A stretch of DNA of 64,000 nucleotides from the human T2T-CHM13v2.0 reference genome, Homo sapiens, in NCBI RefSeq assembly GCF_009914755.1, contig NC_060937.1; one strand, written 5' to 3'. The notes beneath the pieces are model-generated. The model had not been told where the DNA came from, ran no database searches, and saw only the letters and a list, made by a program, of their open reading frames with translations. The position numbers were made by a program, and so were the translations under genes. Positions 58,690-64,000 of the stretch are shown piece by piece; positions within the stretch are counted from its first letter, which is position 1; each line of letters begins with the position of its first letter.

Positions 58690-59474
58690 AAATTTTATTG
58701 AAGTATAATATACCTGAAACTGTGCCATCTTAAATGTACAGGTGGATGAATTATCACAATGTAAATAAACCTCTGTAACTAGCACCAAGATAAAAAAAAA
58801 ACTACTAGTTATTTAAACCTAGGTTTGATAATATTACCAATGACTTTAAAGTTAATGTCTGATAATTCTAATACCTGAAGTACTTGTGGGTTTGTTTCTT
58901 TTTTCTGTTTTTTATTTTGCTCACAGTTTTCAGTCACTTGATCATATATCCTGGCATTCCTGGTAACATATACATACTTCTCATTGTTAAAAATTGTACA
59001 GCTCTAGCATAAAGAGTCCTACAATGGGTACTTATCCCCCATCTATAACTTTTTTTACACTTTGTTTTGTTTTTACTCTTTCTAGACTTTATTATTTTAC
59101 TTTTTGGATAAGTAATATAGTTACAAGTTTCTAAGATAAAAAATTACGAAAGAGTGTTAGTGAAAAGTCTCATTCTTGCAATGCCAGCACCCTCTTCCTG
59201 TCCTACAGGTAACCACCATGATTAATTTCTGGTATATCATTCCAGAGATAGTTTAATCCTCATATATACAAGCAAATTATGTATACTGCATTCCTGTGTC
59301 TGTTCTGTACTTTGCTTTTTTCACCTAACATTATATTTTGGTGAGTTTTCTGTTTAGTACATAATACATTTTCTCATATTTTAAACAACTGTATTCTGTT
59401 GTATGAATTTATCATAATTTATTGAATCATTCCACTGCTGATGGACATCCAGTTTGTTTCCAGACGTTTGCTAT
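58690..59474 (-). mobile_element. Old L1M(E) 3' fragments
   Basis: ttttattgaagtataatatac...ggtaaccacc...ttgcttttttcacctaacatt...ctgatggacatccagtttgtttccag. Confidence 0.6.
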
Positions 59475-60238
<764 letters not shown>

Positions 60239-60816
60239 AGAGCTATTTTTACAATTATAAGCAAAGCTGCAAGAAACAATGTGTATCTGACACTTTGCAT
60301 TTGGGCAAGTATATCTGCAAAATAAATGTCTAGATGTGGACTAGGTAGTTAGTTTTGATAATTGTTAAATCACTCTCCTCTAGACGGGTTATACCAGTTT
60401 ATACTTCTAGCAGCAATGTGAGTGAATACCTCTTTCCCACAGCCTTCTCAACTCAGTGTGTTATCAAACTTAGAATTTTTACTGTTCTGCTAGTAAAAAG
60501 CCCTAATTTCTTTGGATAACTTACTAATTATTGAGTCTTCCTCATCTGCACAACATGGTTAGAAGCTCCTTCAGAGTTATGCCTGGGTCCTTATTTCTAT
60601 TTTTTTCTACACTGCATACCTTTGTGTCCTTCCTGTTAACCTTACATAGGGCGGGCTCCCTGCACAGAAGGAGGAGACGATATACTCAACGGCATCTGTG
60701 CGTGATAGAGGGGAAAAAAATGCGATGTAGAATCCATTCTATCCATCTATCAAGTTCCGTTTAGGAAAACAAAATATCCTAATCACAATAATTGACTAGT
60801 GAAGACTGAAGAAGCG

Positions 60817-60829
60817 GTTGCCTAGCAAT
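60817..60829. promoter_or_regulatory. Intronic X-box-like RFX site
   Basis: GTTGCCTAGCAAT, one mismatch from GTTGCCTAGCAAC, in a non-repeat, CpG-retaining patch. Confidence 0.5.
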
Positions 60830-61340
60830 GCCCTGATCGTTTTTGATGTTGACTGGTTGACATAAGGCGGGATCAACAAACACACAACACGTGTGTGGCC
60901 CTGGCAGCTGATTCAGATCCTTCCCACTAAGGTCAACATTACCCAGGCTCTTGGAGGCAACCACTCCTCATTGATTATTTGCACATGAGATAAACCTGTT
61001 TGTTTTACCATATTGAAGGACTAACAGAATCACAAACTGTAACTCAAGTGCTTTTCCAGTGAAGAGTGAAATAGGAAAGAACGAAAATAACATATATCTA
61101 CCCCCTCCTCCTCTTCCTTTAGCTTGGGTTCATCATTACCTCCATTTCTCCATTTTATTTTTGTTTCCTTTTTATTGGCACCACCCAAGTATACGTGTGT
61201 GTGTGTGTGTGTGTTTGATATTAAAACTTTAGGGAAAGAAACAGCTCTCTTAAAAATGTCAGCAACTTCAATTCATTGCTTTTTAAATATCCTCGTTAAT
61301 AATTTACACCCTTGGTTAAAATATTCAATCATCTACTTAA

Positions 61341-61664
<324 letters not shown>

Positions 61665-62319
61665 TAGCTTTAATGTGAATCAGTGTTAGCATACACATTC
61701 AGAATTCTTTCAACCTCAAACCACAAAACTTAATTATGTATCATGGAAATACAAATCAGAACAAAAATCTATTGACTGTGAGCCCACATAACATAATTTT
61801 TGTTTCCTGAAAACAAAAGTATGCAAGTGGATGAGGCCTTTTAAGGGAATCTTGTGGCTTCTCAGTCCTTGCTGTTCTGAATTTGTGATTATCCACAGAA
61901 ATGCCCAACAGGTGATTGTAAAGATACTGGTAATTCTCCACTCTTATCTGATTGCACCTACATTTTGCTTGTTGCTCATTCTGCATAACATCTAAATGCT
62001 GCGTGACACTTAAACCCTTTAGTAGTCAGCCAAAAGTAGGAACGAGGGCGTGTTTATGAAACAGACAGCTGTCGTGAGTCCTGGTGCTCAGCTTCATTCA
62101 CTAATCAGTTGTCAGTTGGCAACTTGATTACAGATAACTTCAGTGTGAGTCAGGCTCTTTTGCCACAGCTGTTTCTCTTAAAAGTTCTCCGATAAGTCAT
62201 TGCCACCACTACTTCCAAATAGCGTATGTTAACTTTGAGTTAATTTTAGATAATCTCGGGTTAATTTAAACAATTTTGGCACCAACAACATGGTTAGGCT
62301 AGGCAGCTTGGATGGGTAT

Positions 62320-62492
62320 AGGAATCCGTCAATCTGGGTTGCTGTGTACCAGCTCTGGGACTGGGGGCAAGTTGTAGCAGCCCTCAGCCTCCTGCTTCAC
62401 CTGTATCAGGGGAGGCTGAGACCCACCTTGCAGGGGTCTTGTGAAGATTAAATGCAATGCTGTGTGAATGGTGCCTACCTTCGTGCCTGGTC
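62320..62492 (+). mobile_element. MIR
   Basis: ggggcaagtt...ctcagcctcctgcttcacctgta...cccaccttgcaggggtcttgtgaagattaaatg. Confidence 0.7.
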
Positions 62493-62984
62493 TGTCAAGA
62501 CCAGGCAGTTTACACAAAAACACTTGATATTGACTATGAAACAAGATCCGGAAGAGAACAAATATAAATACAGATGGATCAGCTAAATGAAGGACTGTCG
62601 AGTAGAAACACAAAGAGGATGTTTGTGAGTGGAGGGGGATGGATCTCCTTCTCCACCCAGCAGTGAATATCATGGGAATCTCTCTCTACCTGAATCTACC
62701 TCTTATAATTCTTAAATTAAGAACCATTAGAACTCTTCTAAACTTTCTAAATACTCATTACAGTATGAAACCCTGCCCACCTCCCAGACAACTTCCTATG
62801 GACATTAGCTTTTATAAACATAGGATATGTTAAGTGATGGTCTTCATTCCTCGATGTCACATTTTAAATTTATATTACTTTTTCTTCATTTTCCAAAGCT
62901 CCAGCTCAGCATCTTTGTAAGCCATATATATATATATATATATATTTTAAAGTCTCTGTAGACTTTTTAATGTGTCGATTTCTA

Positions 62985-63110
62985 CACCCCAGCCTCAGGT
63001 AGTATAAGCTTCATGAGGACAGGAACCAGCCCTGCCTGCTCACACTGTCACCAGCATGTTCACAGGGCTGACACATGCCAGGCACTCAGGTATTAGTTGA
63101 ATAGGTAAAT
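62985..63110 (+). mobile_element. L2 3' terminus
   Basis: tataagcttcatgaggacaggaacc...cacagggctgacacatgccaggcactcaggtattagttgaat. Confidence 0.7.
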
Positions 63111-63689
63111 GGAAGACTGGAAAATGTAGGCTGAACTGAGAACTTGTGGATAGACACACCTCAGTGATTTGTGAAAAGGAAGATTGGTCCAAAGCAATGT
63201 TTGTTAACCAAATTTTCATTATCAAAGAGGAAAAACTAAACATTCCCTAACAGAAATGAAAAAGGAATAAAATTTTTGTTAGATGATGTTGAGCTTTGAA
63301 ATGCCACCAAGGACACTTTCAATATCAAATCTTCCTCATCCCCCCAACTCCAGAAAACTAGTTTTTGCTCAGGTACTGGCTCAGTGGAAAATGTGTGGTC
63401 TGAAGCTGTAGTCTCCTAGTTTGTGAGTCTCCTTATTTTCACTGCCTGAAGGTTTGAGTCACCGTGGAAAGGGAGGAGGGGTGGTGGAGATCAGAAGTGA
63501 GGTCTGTGAACTCCAGAGTTGACTTAGGTGCAGAGAGGATGAGGTAGAACTGCTGGCAGGGAGGCCCCATCTGATCCAAGAGTGAGCTCGGCAGGCAGAA
63601 AGCACTTGGCAAAGCCCAGGGAATGGTTGGGAGAGACTGATAGACCCAGCACTCCTATTCCTTGAGGCCGGTCAGTGATGTGTATTAAC

Positions 63690-63841
63690 CTAGGGTGGCT
63701 CTAACTTTAATGTGCCAGTGAAAGGGATCCAGCTACAACTCCACACTCCTGAGGTGGGGCCCAGTGGTCTGCATTTCTGTCAAAAATACTGCAAGGGAGC
63801 GCCAGGCTGCTCCTTCCACAGGCCATACTTTGAGAAGCATG
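63690..63841. mobile_element. MER5-like hAT DNA transposon remnant
   Basis: gaggtggggcccagtggtctgcattt...ggccatactttgagaagcatg. Confidence 0.55.
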
Positions 63842-64000
63842 ACATTAACTCACCTGTGCATGTTATATTTGTTAAAGGGTAACTTTTCAAAAACAGGAAA
63901 AACTATCACTCATATAGATATAAATGTTAAATATTTTATTAATGAAATGAGCAGTGAGATGTTACAACCAGTTCAAAAGGGAACCCAAAGGGACAGACAC

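Overview
Primate genomic DNA (human or great ape), not prokaryotic, in two blocks. (1) Bases 1-33,531 are a single-orientation, diverged Human Satellite 3 array: (CATTC)n on +, rich in CATTCGAGTC variants, with layered local higher-order repeats and recent tandem duplications. All long ORFs there are pentamer artefacts. (2) Bases 33,532-64,000 are Alu/L1/L2/MIR/MaLR-rich euchromatic-type sequence joined abruptly to the satellite. It contains an intact CpG island (~44.6-45.8 kb) with an RFX X-box and a Kozak ATG-GAG-CCC-CAG-A|GTAAGG, which I recognise from memory as FANK1 exon 1 (MEPQK...). Minus-strand splice donors in the island fit the head-to-head DHX32 upstream exon, and a 3'-truncated U2 retrocopy lies at 39.5 kb. 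The best reading is a pericentromeric/acrocentric segmental-duplication copy of the 10q26 DHX32/FANK1 promoter region, cut off by HSat3 before any DHX32 coding exon. The leading hypothesis is a captured bidirectional RFX-type promoter aimed into the satellite on the GGAAT strand. No complete protein-coding gene, CRISPR array or clearly new system is demonstrable from sequence alone. Gene identities, repeat subfamilies and most repeat boundaries are by eye and need alignment to confirm.
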